This document shows positions 50,769 through 60,098 of a stretch of DNA of 64,000 nt, one piece after another; position 1 is the stretch's first letter, and each line of letters begins with the position of its first letter. The notes beneath the pieces were generated by a model. That model was not told the origin of the DNA. It ran no database searches and saw only the letters and a list, made by a program, of their open reading frames with translations. This DNA comes from Candidatus Woesearchaeota archaeon (GTDB taxonomy: Archaea; Nanobdellota; Nanobdellia; Woesearchaeales; GW2011-AR9). Position numbers and translations under genes: made by a program. Location of the stretch: the NCBI GenBank assembly GCA_018655525.1, contig JABIJM010000030.1:28083-92082 (forward strand), given 5' to 3'.

Positions 50769-51335
50769 ATGAAAACAACAATCTTAATATTGGGATTATT
50801 AACAGTACTCTTCATCGCAGGATGTGGTGGAGAAGAACCACAAGAGGAAACAACAATGAAAACAGCAACATTTGATACAACATTAGGAACATTTAAACTT
50901 GAATTATTCACAGATTCAATGCCAATTACAACAAAGAACTTCATAGATCTCGCAGAGAAAGGATTTTATGATGGTACAAGATTTCATCGTGTAATCTCAG
51001 GATTCATGGTACAAGGTGGAGACCCATTAAGTAAAGAGAAATCAAAAGTTTCAATGTGGGGGACAGGAGATCCAGGTTACAAGATTCAAGATGAATTCAC
51101 AAATGCTAATAAAAACGACCGCGGTACAATCTCCATGGCAAACGCAGGACCAAACACAGGAGGATCACAATTTTTCATCAATGTTGTAAACAACAACTTC
51201 TTAGATGACAAACATCCAGTATTTGGAAAAGTTGTAGAAGGTATGGACATTGTAGATTTAATTGTAAACACACCAACAGCAAGTCAAGATAGACCAAAGG
51301 AAGACGTTGTTGTGAATAAAGTTACGATTGAGTAA
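50769..51335 (+). CDS. Cyclophilin peptidyl-prolyl isomerase, lipoprotein
   Basis: Lipobox IAGC; FHRVISGFMVQGGDP, SMANAG, GSQFF. Confidence 0.92.
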   Translation: MKTTILILGLLTVLFIAGCGGEEPQEETTMKTATFDTTLGTFKLELFTDSMPITTKNFIDLAEKGFYDGTRFHRVISGFMVQGGDPLSKEKSKVSMWGTGDPGYKIQDEFTNANKNDRGTISMANAGPNTGGSQFFINVVNNNFLDDKHPVFGKVVEGMDIVDLIVNTPTASQDRPKEDVVVNKVTIE

Positions 51336-51394
51336 TTTTTTTATTTTTTCTTATTTAGAGTAAGGTTTATATACTTTTTAATATTATTTATTTT

Positions 51395-51961
51395 ATGAAA
51401 AAATATTCCAAATTATCTTGGAGAAAAAATTTTGATCAGGGTTCTAATTTTAAAGTTGAAAGGGAATATTTTGAAATTCTAATTAATGGTAAGTCTATTA
51501 ATCAGATTTTAGGATCCTGGGGAAATCTTTGTGGCATATTCGGAAGATTTGGGTTTGAACACGATAAACAAATAATTAATCAACATTTCTTAAAGGGTAA
51601 ACCAGAGTTAGATAGTGGAAGAATCATTATTTCAAGTTGTAATCATTGTGGAGATATAGGTTGTGGTGCCCTTACATTTAAATTAATAATTGGAAAAGAT
51701 ATTATTTGGAAGGATTTTCGTTATGAAGTTGACCATGATGATGATACCGTCAATCAACAGTATGATAAAAAAAAAAGGTTCAAATTTGAAGAAAAAGAAT
51801 ACAAAAAATATTTTAAAGATTTAATCATTGAATTAAAAGTTTATTACGCTTCTAAAGATAAAGATTCACAAAACAATAAAAATAAGAAAGGGAACAAATA
51901 TCTCCAAAATATTAAAAATAAACTTTTTAGTTTAAAAAATAAAAATCTTCCTAAAAAATAA
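51395..51961 (+). CDS. hypothetical protein
   Basis: CNHCGDIGCG motif; very AT-rich. Confidence 0.55.
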   Translation: MKKYSKLSWRKNFDQGSNFKVEREYFEILINGKSINQILGSWGNLCGIFGRFGFEHDKQIINQHFLKGKPELDSGRIIISSCNHCGDIGCGALTFKLIIGKDIIWKDFRYEVDHDDDTVNQQYDKKKRFKFEEKEYKKYFKDLIIELKVYYASKDKDSQNNKNKKGNKYLQNIKNKLFSLKNKNLPKK

Positions 51962-51962
51962 A

Positions 51963-52571
51963 TCAACATTTCTTCCCAATAATCATTTCCTTATAAGAAC
52001 TCAATTCTGAAGGAACATCTATTCTTTCTAAGTCCAACTTCTGAAATCCAGAATCGCTAATCAACACGCCACCTTGATTCAAAGAATCAAATACCTTATT
52101 TTCATAATTAGGATCAGAATCTTTCATAATTCTGAAAGCACGTTCAAAGTAAATATCATGTTTTGGTAAATCAATCTGGAATACATTTGCAACATCAAAT
52201 TTCACATGAATCAAGATTCCATTCCAATAAAAAGAATTATGTGAATCTATTGAAATACCTAAATCATGCAATATTGAGTTCATTAAAAGAAGACAATTAT
52301 GAATGTCCATAAAATGGAACGTAATTTCTTTAATTTCTGGAAACAGATGTTCCACAAAAAGACAAGGAAAAATAATATCTGCCCCTGATCCTGGATAAAA
52401 TAATATTGAATTATCCGAAACCCGTAACTTCTGAATCTTTTCCAACAATTGAATATTATCAAAATCATCATCAAACATATGGTTTTTGAGAGAATTTTGA
52501 CTTATCTGATGATCTTTATCAAGTTCTTTGAATACTACTTCTTTAGGGATATCTGTGATCAAATTAGCCAT
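51963..52571 (-). CDS. hypothetical protein, methyltransferase-like
   Basis: LFYPGSGAD, LNQGGVLISD. Confidence 0.55.
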   Translation of the reverse strand: MANLITDIPKEVVFKELDKDHQISQNSLKNHMFDDDFDNIQLLEKIQKLRVSDNSILFYPGSGADIIFPCLFVEHLFPEIKEITFHFMDIHNCLLLMNSILHDLGISIDSHNSFYWNGILIHVKFDVANVFQIDLPKHDIYFERAFRIMKDSDPNYENKVFDSLNQGGVLISDSGFQKLDLERIDVPSELSSYKEMIIGKKC

Positions 52572-52627
52572 AAACAGGAGTTACATACGAAATATTTAAA
52601 AGTTGTCTGTTGATATAAGGTAATTGT

Positions 52628-52727
52628 GGGCCTGTAGCCTAGCCTGGATAGGGCGCCAGCCTTCTATATGAGAAAGCAATTCTCTGAAGGCAGCTGGATA
52701 CCGTGGGTTCGAATCCCTCCTGGCCCG
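52628..52727 (+). tRNA. tRNA-Arg(TCT) with 25-nt intron at 37/38 (52667-52691)
   Basis: Anticodon stem CCAGC/GCTGG, BHB central helix CTTC/GAAG, GTTCGAATC. Confidence 0.9.
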
Positions 52728-52890
52728 CTCTTTCTTTTTATTTCTTGTTGAATTTAATATATTCCCAATTTATAGCAATTATTAAAGCAAAACAATATTA
52801 AAAATTCCAGATTAATTTTGATTTTGTCTAGTGCCAGAGGATTTAATCTTTAATAATTTGGGCATTTCAGCATGTTTTAACAACAAAATT

Positions 52891-52923
52891 CCACACTGGA
52901 CAACTACGCGTATAACTTATAAA
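52891..52923 (+). promoter_or_regulatory. Conserved motif CCACACTGGACAACTAC + 8 nt + TATA (copy 2)
   Basis: TATA ends 23 nt before the ATG at 52946. Confidence 0.6.
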
Positions 52924-52945
52924 TACATTTTTCCATTTAATTCTA

Positions 52946-53662
52946 ATGAAAATGGATAAAATAAATTTATATGAGTTTATTGGAATTATGATTGGTGATG
53001 GATGTTTATTAGATTATCCTAAACATAACATTTATGGTATAGAAATAACGGGAAACGCAACTGAAGAAGTAGATTTTTATAAAAAAATAGAAGAGTTCAT
53101 TAAATCAAATTTTGATGTGAATGTAAGAGTTCATGTTCGTAAAGATAAAACGGGACAATCCTTAAAATTAATTTGTTACAGCAAAATACTAGCAAATTTT
53201 CTAAAGAAACAAGGTATAAAAAGAAATAAAACCTATTCAACACAAATTCCAAGTCATTTATTAGAATGGAAATACAGTAAATATGTGATTAAAGGAATCT
53301 TTGAAACTGATGGCTGCATTTATTTCTCTAAATCTAAAAAGATAGCTTATCCAACCTATCCGCGTCTTGAAATTTGTACAGCTAGTTTACAGTTAGCTAC
53401 TCAAATCATTAAAATTTTAAACACAAATGGATTTACCGCAAGATCATATATTAACAAAAACACGATAACTATTTATATGAGCGGTGAAAATATGCTTAAT
53501 AAGTGGTCTACAGAGATAGGCTGGAGCGGTCTAAAAAATCAAACAAAATATGACCTTTGGAAATCTTTAGGATACTACATCCCAAAAATTTCACTTCCAG
53601 AAAGATTAAAATTATTAGGCGTCGGTGGCAAAGTGGCTAATATTGACCTCATAAGTCGATAG
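52946..53662 (+). CDS. Free-standing two-motif LAGLIDADG homing endonuclease
   Basis: LYEFIGIMIGDG and IKGIFETDG motifs; 3' end overlaps tRNA-Cys. Confidence 0.88.
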   Translation: MKMDKINLYEFIGIMIGDGCLLDYPKHNIYGIEITGNATEEVDFYKKIEEFIKSNFDVNVRVHVRKDKTGQSLKLICYSKILANFLKKQGIKRNKTYSTQIPSHLLEWKYSKYVIKGIFETDGCIYFSKSKKIAYPTYPRLEICTASLQLATQIIKILNTNGFTARSYINKNTITIYMSGENMLNKWSTEIGWSGLKNQTKYDLWKSLGYYIPKISLPERLKLLGVGGKVANIDLISR

Positions 53663-53715
53663 CAAGCAGTCCCCTGCAGAGGGACGGATCGGGGGTTCGA
53701 GTCCCTCCCGGCGCT
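53619..53715 (+). tRNA. tRNA-Cys(GCA) with 24-nt D-arm intron (~23/24; 53642-53665)
   Basis: Acceptor GCGTCGG/CCGGCGC, GTCCC-CTGCAGA-GGGAC; splicing at the GCTA/TAGC BHB restores D-stem GCA/TGC. Confidence 0.88.
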
Positions 53716-53745
53716 TCATTTTTAATCTTTAATTTAGAATACCAT

Positions 53746-53982
53746 TCAAAGTTGATTCCCTTCTACAAACCCAGTTCCAAAACCCTTCAACTTCTGACAT
53801 AATGCAACTGCATCCCTAACATCTTCATAGAAATCATATAACTTTATCAATTCTCCATCAGCTTTCCGAATTTTCGTATGTTTCAAGCAACTACAACACC
53901 TCAGAACTGCTGTCATCATATCATTTATTTGAATCGTTTGCAACGTGTTACACTTCGGACAATTAGCTACAGTAAATATCAT
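53746..53982 (-). CDS. small zinc-ribbon protein
   Basis: CPKC and CCSC motifs. Confidence 0.6.
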   Translation of the reverse strand: MIFTVANCPKCNTLQTIQINDMMTAVLRCCSCLKHTKIRKADGELIKLYDFYEDVRDAVALCQKLKGFGTGFVEGNQL

Positions 53983-54668
53983 TATTTTAATGTAATCCTC
54001 TTTTCAAATTGCAAATTATGTGATAAAAAAATAATCCTAAAATTCCCTTTCTGTGCAAATTCTATAGGATGTAACGCACGAGATGCGGGGATGAATTTTT
54101 TAAGAATGTCCTTTTCAGATTTTTTAAATTTTCCAATTGTATTTAGCTTCGTTTTATGTCCAGCTTTCTTAAATGAATAATTTACTAATTCCGTACAAAA
54201 GAATTTATTAGCTTTCCCAGAAAAATCAAAGTCATACGGTTTTCCTACTTGTTCCAATGCATGTTTAATTGTAAGTGAGATAATTTTCTTTCTATTTTTG
54301 ATTCCCTTCGGTAAACGCATAATAATCATTGTATCATATTCTGTAAAAAAATGATGTAATGAATTTACACCAACACCATCACCTACTGCTTCAACAAACT
54401 TCTTTCTTCCGATATACAAACTTGCATGCGTAACTGGACCTTTAATGAATAATGAAGATACTTCACGTAAGTTTCCCCACAATACCACGTCTCCCTTTCG
54501 TAACTTTAATCTAGCTTTTAATAAATCAACATGATTCAACTGATTCTTTCGCTTATGGATAACAAGTCCGGTGATGAAATAAATGAAATTTGCAGAGATT
54601 TTTTTGTAAAAAGGATAGTCTTTAGGAAAATTCGTAATTAAATGATATTTTTTAATAATTTCAAACAT
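53982..54668 (-). CDS. YiiX/YebB-like permuted papain-like (NlpC/P60) protein
   Basis: GDVV, THASLY, GKPYDF, FCTELV. Confidence 0.8.
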   Translation of the reverse strand: MFEIIKKYHLITNFPKDYPFYKKISANFIYFITGLVIHKRKNQLNHVDLLKARLKLRKGDVVLWGNLREVSSLFIKGPVTHASLYIGRKKFVEAVGDGVGVNSLHHFFTEYDTMIIMRLPKGIKNRKKIISLTIKHALEQVGKPYDFDFSGKANKFFCTELVNYSFKKAGHKTKLNTIGKFKKSEKDILKKFIPASRALHPIEFAQKGNFRIIFLSHNLQFEKRITLK

Positions 54669-54740
54669 AGAAAGAGAATTCTTTGTAATGATATAAAGAT
54701 TACGGCAACATTCTTAAAGAACAAGCCTATTTCTACCTGT

Positions 54741-55811
54741 ATGAAGAAAGGAATCTCATCTCTGGAACTTACGGCACTTGTGAATGAACTTCAATTCCTT
54801 GCGAAAGGAAAGATCAGCCAGATTTATCACAAAGATCAGGAAGTAATCCTTCAACTACATGCAACGGGAGAAGGAAAACAACTTCTCAAAATCATCCCAG
54901 GAAAATATTTAAGTTTAACACATGAAAAAGAATCCGCATTACGTCCATCTGGATTCTGTATGCAGCTTCGGAAATATCTAAGTAATGCATTCATTAAAAG
55001 TATCACACAAAGGGGTGCAGAACGGATTGTAGTTTTTGAGTTTGAGAAAAAAGAAACATTCTATTTAATTGTAGAATTATTCAGTAAAGGAAATGTTGTC
55101 TTGACTGATAAAGATTACAACATTATTTCAGTGTTTGTCTGGCAGAAATGGAAAGATAGAACCGTTAAACCTAAAGAAATTTACAAATTTCCCGAACCTG
55201 GACAAAATTGGAAAAAGATTTCTGAACAAAAATTAATTATCATTCTAAAAAACAGTGAAAAACGTAATCTCGCAACCTGTTTAGCTACAGAACTAAATTT
55301 AGGAGGGGTATATGCAGAAGAAGTTCTCAAAAGGATTGATGTTGATAAAAACGTATTACCAAAAGAAGGTAATGCTAAAAAAATCATTGCAGAAATCAAA
55401 AAGATGATTAAAGAGATTAAAGAACCAAAAGGTTACATCTATGATGAAGACATGACTCCAATTCCATTACAGGATCAAAAAGAAAACTCAATCACAAAAA
55501 CTTATAATGAAGCTATTAGCACAATCGATCCATTCCATGTGAAATCTCCCTATGAAAAAAAGATTGCAGCCTTAAAAAATACAATAGCACATCAAGAAGA
55601 AGCAATCGCCATGCAAGAACAAAATATTGATGAAAACACACAAAAGGGAGAATTAATTTATGAAAAATATCAACCTCTTCAGAAATTATTAGATATTGTT
55701 AAAGAAATGAAGAAAACCAAAGAATGGAATGAAATTGAAACAGCCTTGAAAAAAGAAAAGAAAATTCAATCTGTTGATTTGAAGAACAAAAAAGTTGCCA
55801 TTGAATTATAA
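54741..55811 (+). CDS. Rqc2/NFACT N-terminal protein (lacks C-terminal NFACT-R)
   Basis: FCMQLRKYL, ERIV, LIVELFSKGNVVL, LGGVYAEE. Confidence 0.85.
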   Translation: MKKGISSLELTALVNELQFLAKGKISQIYHKDQEVILQLHATGEGKQLLKIIPGKYLSLTHEKESALRPSGFCMQLRKYLSNAFIKSITQRGAERIVVFEFEKKETFYLIVELFSKGNVVLTDKDYNIISVFVWQKWKDRTVKPKEIYKFPEPGQNWKKISEQKLIIILKNSEKRNLATCLATELNLGGVYAEEVLKRIDVDKNVLPKEGNAKKIIAEIKKMIKEIKEPKGYIYDEDMTPIPLQDQKENSITKTYNEAISTIDPFHVKSPYEKKIAALKNTIAHQEEAIAMQEQNIDENTQKGELIYEKYQPLQKLLDIVKEMKKTKEWNEIETALKKEKKIQSVDLKNKKVAIEL

Positions 55812-55814
55812 AAA

Positions 55815-56615
55815 ATGTCACTTGAAAAATTAGCTAATTCTCTTATTGAAATTGGAATAGATGAAGACACAGTTAATGAAGCAATTGAGTTAACAAAAGA
55901 AAGATGGAGTCACAAAAGCCATATTGTCACTGATAAAATTGATTTATGGATTCCTTTTTTTAAAGAATTATTCCTCAATTACCCTAAAATACATCCTAAA
56001 GCATTATATGGGATGATTGATGGAAGTTTTTCTGTTGATAGCGCTATCGTTAAAGAAGATAAATTACATGAAGACCATAATGGTTATTACAAAATGGTTT
56101 TAGGTTCAGGAGAAGTTATAAAATTTAATCAAGAAACATTGAATGACTTCAACAATCTTTTAGTATTACAACAAAAATATGAAGCAGAAATTCCAGCGGA
56201 TGTTGAAATTATTTTTAATAATGGACTTGAATACTTACTTGGAAGAATTAAAATTCCAAATCTAATGAAAGTTGAATCCGAAGATGAATCTGATCCTTTT
56301 TCTGAATTTTATCACTTAGTTCTTGGAAATCAAAATACTGCTCTAATCAATAAAGAGATGTGTTTTTATGACTTTAATATTTCAAAAATAAACCAAATAG
56401 GAGTTCATACACATCCAGAAAGTAAGAATAATTTCAATGATAATAGGTACCCTTCTTTTGAAATTTGTGATTTAAAAGATCTACCTTACCAAAACGAAGA
56501 AGGTACAAAATATCCTTTTGCATTAATCGTAACTTCTTTAAAAGGAAAAAAATATATTACTGCTTATAGTATTGACCAAAAAGAAGATTATTATATTGCT
56601 ATATTTGAATTATAG
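55815..56615 (+). CDS. hypothetical protein with JAB/MPN-like motif
   Basis: GVHTHPES...YPSFEICD. Confidence 0.55.
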   Translation: MSLEKLANSLIEIGIDEDTVNEAIELTKERWSHKSHIVTDKIDLWIPFFKELFLNYPKIHPKALYGMIDGSFSVDSAIVKEDKLHEDHNGYYKMVLGSGEVIKFNQETLNDFNNLLVLQQKYEAEIPADVEIIFNNGLEYLLGRIKIPNLMKVESEDESDPFSEFYHLVLGNQNTALINKEMCFYDFNISKINQIGVHTHPESKNNFNDNRYPSFEICDLKDLPYQNEEGTKYPFALIVTSLKGKKYITAYSIDQKEDYYIAIFEL

Positions 56616-56636
56616 AAAAAATAAAAAAATAAAAAA

Positions 56637-57398
56637 TTACTTCTTACCTTTCTTTGTAAAACCTTCAAATGCTTTCAAGATTTCTAAAGGCATTGCAAAA
56701 ATAACCGTATTACTTTGATCACTTGAAATATCATTAATACTTTGCAAGGTCCGAAGATGTAAAGCTCCTGGTGCTGTTGCAAGCATCTTTGCTGCTTTCG
56801 CCATGTTATCTGCTGCGATTGCTTCACCTGATGCTTTAATGATTACAGCTCGCTTCTCACGTTCTGATTCAGCTTCTCGTGCCATCATACGCTTCATATC
56901 TTGAGGTAATTCAATATGTTTCAAATCTACAGAATCAACTTTGATACCCCATGGATCTGTTGCTTTATCAACAAGTTGCTGGATTCTTTTAGATAACACA
57001 TCTCGTTTACTTAATAAGTCATCTAAGCTAACTTCTCCCACTACATCTCGCATGGTTGTTTGTGATAATTGTGAAGTTGCATAAAAGTAATTTTCTACAG
57101 ATAAAATTGCCAGTTTGGAATCTGCAATCTTAAAATACAGAACTGCATTTACACGTACCGAAACATTATCCTTTGTAATACAATCTTGATCTGGAACATC
57201 AACAGCTTTAACCCGCATATCTACTCTATCCCAAGATTGAAATAAAGGGATGATGAGCCGTAATCCGGGTTTCATAATACCTGAATATTTTCCTAATGTG
57301 AATTTCACACCACGTTCGTATTCCTTCACAACTTTCAAGCCTGAAAGAATAATAAATACTACTGCAATAATAATCCCATTTGTTAAAAAAAATGCCAT
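56637..57398 (-). CDS. SPFH/stomatin (slipin) family protein
   Basis: EYERGV, TKDNVSV, WGIKV, AESERE. Confidence 0.92.
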   Translation of the reverse strand: MAFFLTNGIIIAVVFIILSGLKVVKEYERGVKFTLGKYSGIMKPGLRLIIPLFQSWDRVDMRVKAVDVPDQDCITKDNVSVRVNAVLYFKIADSKLAILSVENYFYATSQLSQTTMRDVVGEVSLDDLLSKRDVLSKRIQQLVDKATDPWGIKVDSVDLKHIELPQDMKRMMAREAESEREKRAVIIKASGEAIAADNMAKAAKMLATAPGALHLRTLQSINDISSDQSNTVIFAMPLEILKAFEGFTKKGKK

Positions 57399-57479
57399 TT
57401 ATTAATACCCCCTAAAGTGAATTATGTAGAGATATATGAATATATAAATGTAATGCTTTAAGAGCATAGAAAGACCTAA

Positions 57480-57791
57480 TTACAAAGAAGTACGTTTTTC
57501 ATTTCTTAAATGAAGTAATTTTCCAAAAGAATGATAACCATGAGTTCCACTAGCAACATACACACTATTACTTCTCACATCATAAGCTGGACCAGGAAGT
57601 TGTGGATCTAATTGTTGACGAGAGAGATAACCCTTCCACCCATTAAGATGTCTATCAAAATCATGATTATTATCAAATTCTTGACCCACAAATTGTTCTA
57701 AGAAACCATGAACTCTAGAGAAATAAGGATCTTGAAGAGTTCCAGAAGGTAAACTCTTAAAATTAAATGTGCATCGCCATTCTAAACTCAT
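57480..57791 (-). CDS. hypothetical protein
   Basis: 103-aa ORF with upstream TATA. Confidence 0.45.
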   Translation of the reverse strand: MSLEWRCTFNFKSLPSGTLQDPYFSRVHGFLEQFVGQEFDNNHDFDRHLNGWKGYLSRQQLDPQLPGPAYDVRSNSVYVASGTHGYHSFGKLLHLRNEKRTSL

Positions 57792-57871
57792 AATGAAAGA
57801 TTAACAATAATGATATTTAAATTTTTAGATTATAGACAAAGTATATAAACAAATAACTCTTTCTAAACCCC

Positions 57872-58975
57872 ATGAAAGTAACACCATGGGAAGTTTCAGG
57901 TACAATTGATTATAAAAAATTAATCACAAAGTTTGGGCTTCAGCATATGAAAGGTCTTCCTAAAACATTTCAAGAGAATGTATTATTCAGAAGAGGTCTT
58001 ATTTTTGCACATAGAGATTTCCCACAAATTTTAGATACGATCAAAAACAAAAAACGGTTTGCAATGATGACAGGTTTAATGCCATCTGGTAAATTTCATT
58101 TTGGTCATAAAATGGTGGCTGATCAGATTGTGTTTTATCAAAAATTAGGTGCAAAAATTTATCTTACTGTAGCTGATGTTGAAGCATACAATTCTAGAAA
58201 CGCAAATTTAAAAGAATTACATAAAACAGCAATTGAAGAATATCTTACAAATTATGTTGCATTAGGCTTAGATTTAAAAAAATGTGATTTTTATTTTCAA
58301 TCTCAAAGGTCAAAAGATGGAAAGAAAGCAAGTGCATATTACAGCTTAGCAAACATGCTTGGAAGACATGTAACATATAACGAATTTAAATCAATTTATG
58401 GGGAAGTTTCTCCAGGAAAATTATCTGCTTCTTTATTACAAGCTGCAGATATGTTACATCCACAATTAATGGAATTTGAGAAGCCACTCCCTGTTGTTGT
58501 ACCAGTAGGTGCAGACCAAGATCCACATTTACGTCTTGCACGAGATTTATCTAAAAGAATCAAACTACATAAATTCAAAACATTAAGTTCAACATATCAC
58601 AAATTTATGCCTGGATTAAAGGGTGGAAAGATGTCTTCTTCAGATGAAAATTCTTACATAGCATTATCAGAAAAACCAGAAGACGTTGCAAAGAAAATCA
58701 AAAAATATGCTTTTTCTGGTGGAAGAGCAACGTTAGAAGAACATCGGAAGAAAGGCGGAAACCCAGACGTTGACGTTGCGTATCAAATGCTTCTTTACGG
58801 GATGGAACCAGATGATCAAAAATTGCAAACAATTTATGATGATTATAAATCTGGAAAACTATTATCCGGAGAACTCAAAAATATCCTTATTGAAAAAATG
58901 ACTTCCTTCCTAAAAGAACATCAAAAAAAACGTATAAAAGCAAAGAAGGTTGTGGCAAAGTTTATAAACGAGTAA
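57872..58975 (+). CDS. trpS: Tryptophanyl-tRNA synthetase
   Basis: VTPWEV, HFGH, GADQDPH, KMSSS. Confidence 0.95.
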   Translation: MKVTPWEVSGTIDYKKLITKFGLQHMKGLPKTFQENVLFRRGLIFAHRDFPQILDTIKNKKRFAMMTGLMPSGKFHFGHKMVADQIVFYQKLGAKIYLTVADVEAYNSRNANLKELHKTAIEEYLTNYVALGLDLKKCDFYFQSQRSKDGKKASAYYSLANMLGRHVTYNEFKSIYGEVSPGKLSASLLQAADMLHPQLMEFEKPLPVVVPVGADQDPHLRLARDLSKRIKLHKFKTLSSTYHKFMPGLKGGKMSSSDENSYIALSEKPEDVAKKIKKYAFSGGRATLEEHRKKGGNPDVDVAYQMLLYGMEPDDQKLQTIYDDYKSGKLLSGELKNILIEKMTSFLKEHQKKRIKAKKVVAKFINE

Positions 58976-59007
58976 ATAATTCTACTACCATCAAAAAGAG
59001 GTAATTA

Positions 59008-59226
59008 ATGGCAAAACGTAAATCTAAAAAGAGTGATTGGCCTATTAAATGGGTTCCAAAACCATCCCCTGGTAGTTTTATGATTCTTGCAATGATTGGA
59101 TTCTTAGTAACCGCATATCTTGTACTACCGATAAGCACAGATTTTGCAGTTGCGTTAATGGTTGTATTTGCAGCAATGTTTATAGCTGCAATTATTAGCA
59201 CAACAAAAGCACCTTTAATGAAATAA
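59008..59226 (+). CDS. small two-TM membrane protein
   Basis: Upstream GAGGT; two hydrophobic helices. Confidence 0.6.
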   Translation: MAKRKSKKSDWPIKWVPKPSPGSFMILAMIGFLVTAYLVLPISTDFAVALMVVFAAMFIAAIISTTKAPLMK

Positions 59227-59269
59227 AAAAATGAAAATAGGAATTTTCAATCATTCCTAAAGGAATAAA

Positions 59270-59746
59270 ATGGCAAAAAGAAAAACAAAAAAAACAGCAC
59301 CAAAATCTACAGGTGTTGTAAAATGGAAATTTCCAACAAGCGAATTTTATATGATGCGTCTTGAATCGCTTGCAGTAGGAATTATCGCAATCCTAATTTT
59401 CGTCGTTGCAATCTTTAATGTAAACGGCGCATGGCCATCTTTCCTTTTAACAGTTCTATTCGTAGGAATTTATATCTTAGTATCAAGTTTGATTCAAAAG
59501 ATTCGGCAAGTACAAGAAACCTATGAAGTTAAAAACAATCATTTACATATCACACGAAAAACTAAATTTAAAACAAGAAAAGAAAAAATCCCATTAAAAG
59601 ATATTGATTTACATAAATTAGACAGATTATTTTTAGGTGGATACCTTGTAAGTAGCAAAGGAAGACATGCATTATTCTTTCAAGCTGTGGAAGATTTAGA
59701 AAAGTTTGAAAAAGCACTTCTTAAAGGAATGAAGAAACGCAAATAA
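59270..59746 (+). CDS. membrane protein with possible PH-like C-terminal domain
   Basis: Two TM helices followed by a beta-rich region. Confidence 0.55.
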   Translation: MAKRKTKKTAPKSTGVVKWKFPTSEFYMMRLESLAVGIIAILIFVVAIFNVNGAWPSFLLTVLFVGIYILVSSLIQKIRQVQETYEVKNNHLHITRKTKFKTRKEKIPLKDIDLHKLDRLFLGGYLVSSKGRHALFFQAVEDLEKFEKALLKGMKKRK

Positions 59747-60046
59747 TTATTTTTTAAACATACTATCAAACTTCTCTTTTGCTTTATGTTCTTTTACAAA
59801 CACAACATGAGAAGATCGCTTATCAAATAATGCAACTGCGAGTGAAACAACATTCCGGTCATCATTCATTTGATTCTTAATTGCAAGAGACTTCGCTTCA
59901 CGCAAACATTCATCTAATAACATAAGCTGCTCACGTCTTGCTTCTTCTTCTGCTTGACCTTCTTCCTCATCTGTGAGAATAATCTCTTTCCATTCAGGAT
60001 AATTGCTTCCTTCTACATCTTTAGGAAACTTCTTTGAAAATGCCAT
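59747..60046 (-). CDS. conserved hypothetical protein
   Basis: MAFSKKFPK...LFDKRSSH. Confidence 0.6.
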   Translation of the reverse strand: MAFSKKFPKDVEGSNYPEWKEIILTDEEEGQAEEEARREQLMLLDECLREAKSLAIKNQMNDDRNVVSLAVALFDKRSSHVVFVKEHKAKEKFDSMFKK

Positions 60047-60098
60047 AAATACAAAAACCGGAGGGAATATTTATAAGTTTATACACTGAATAACATAT

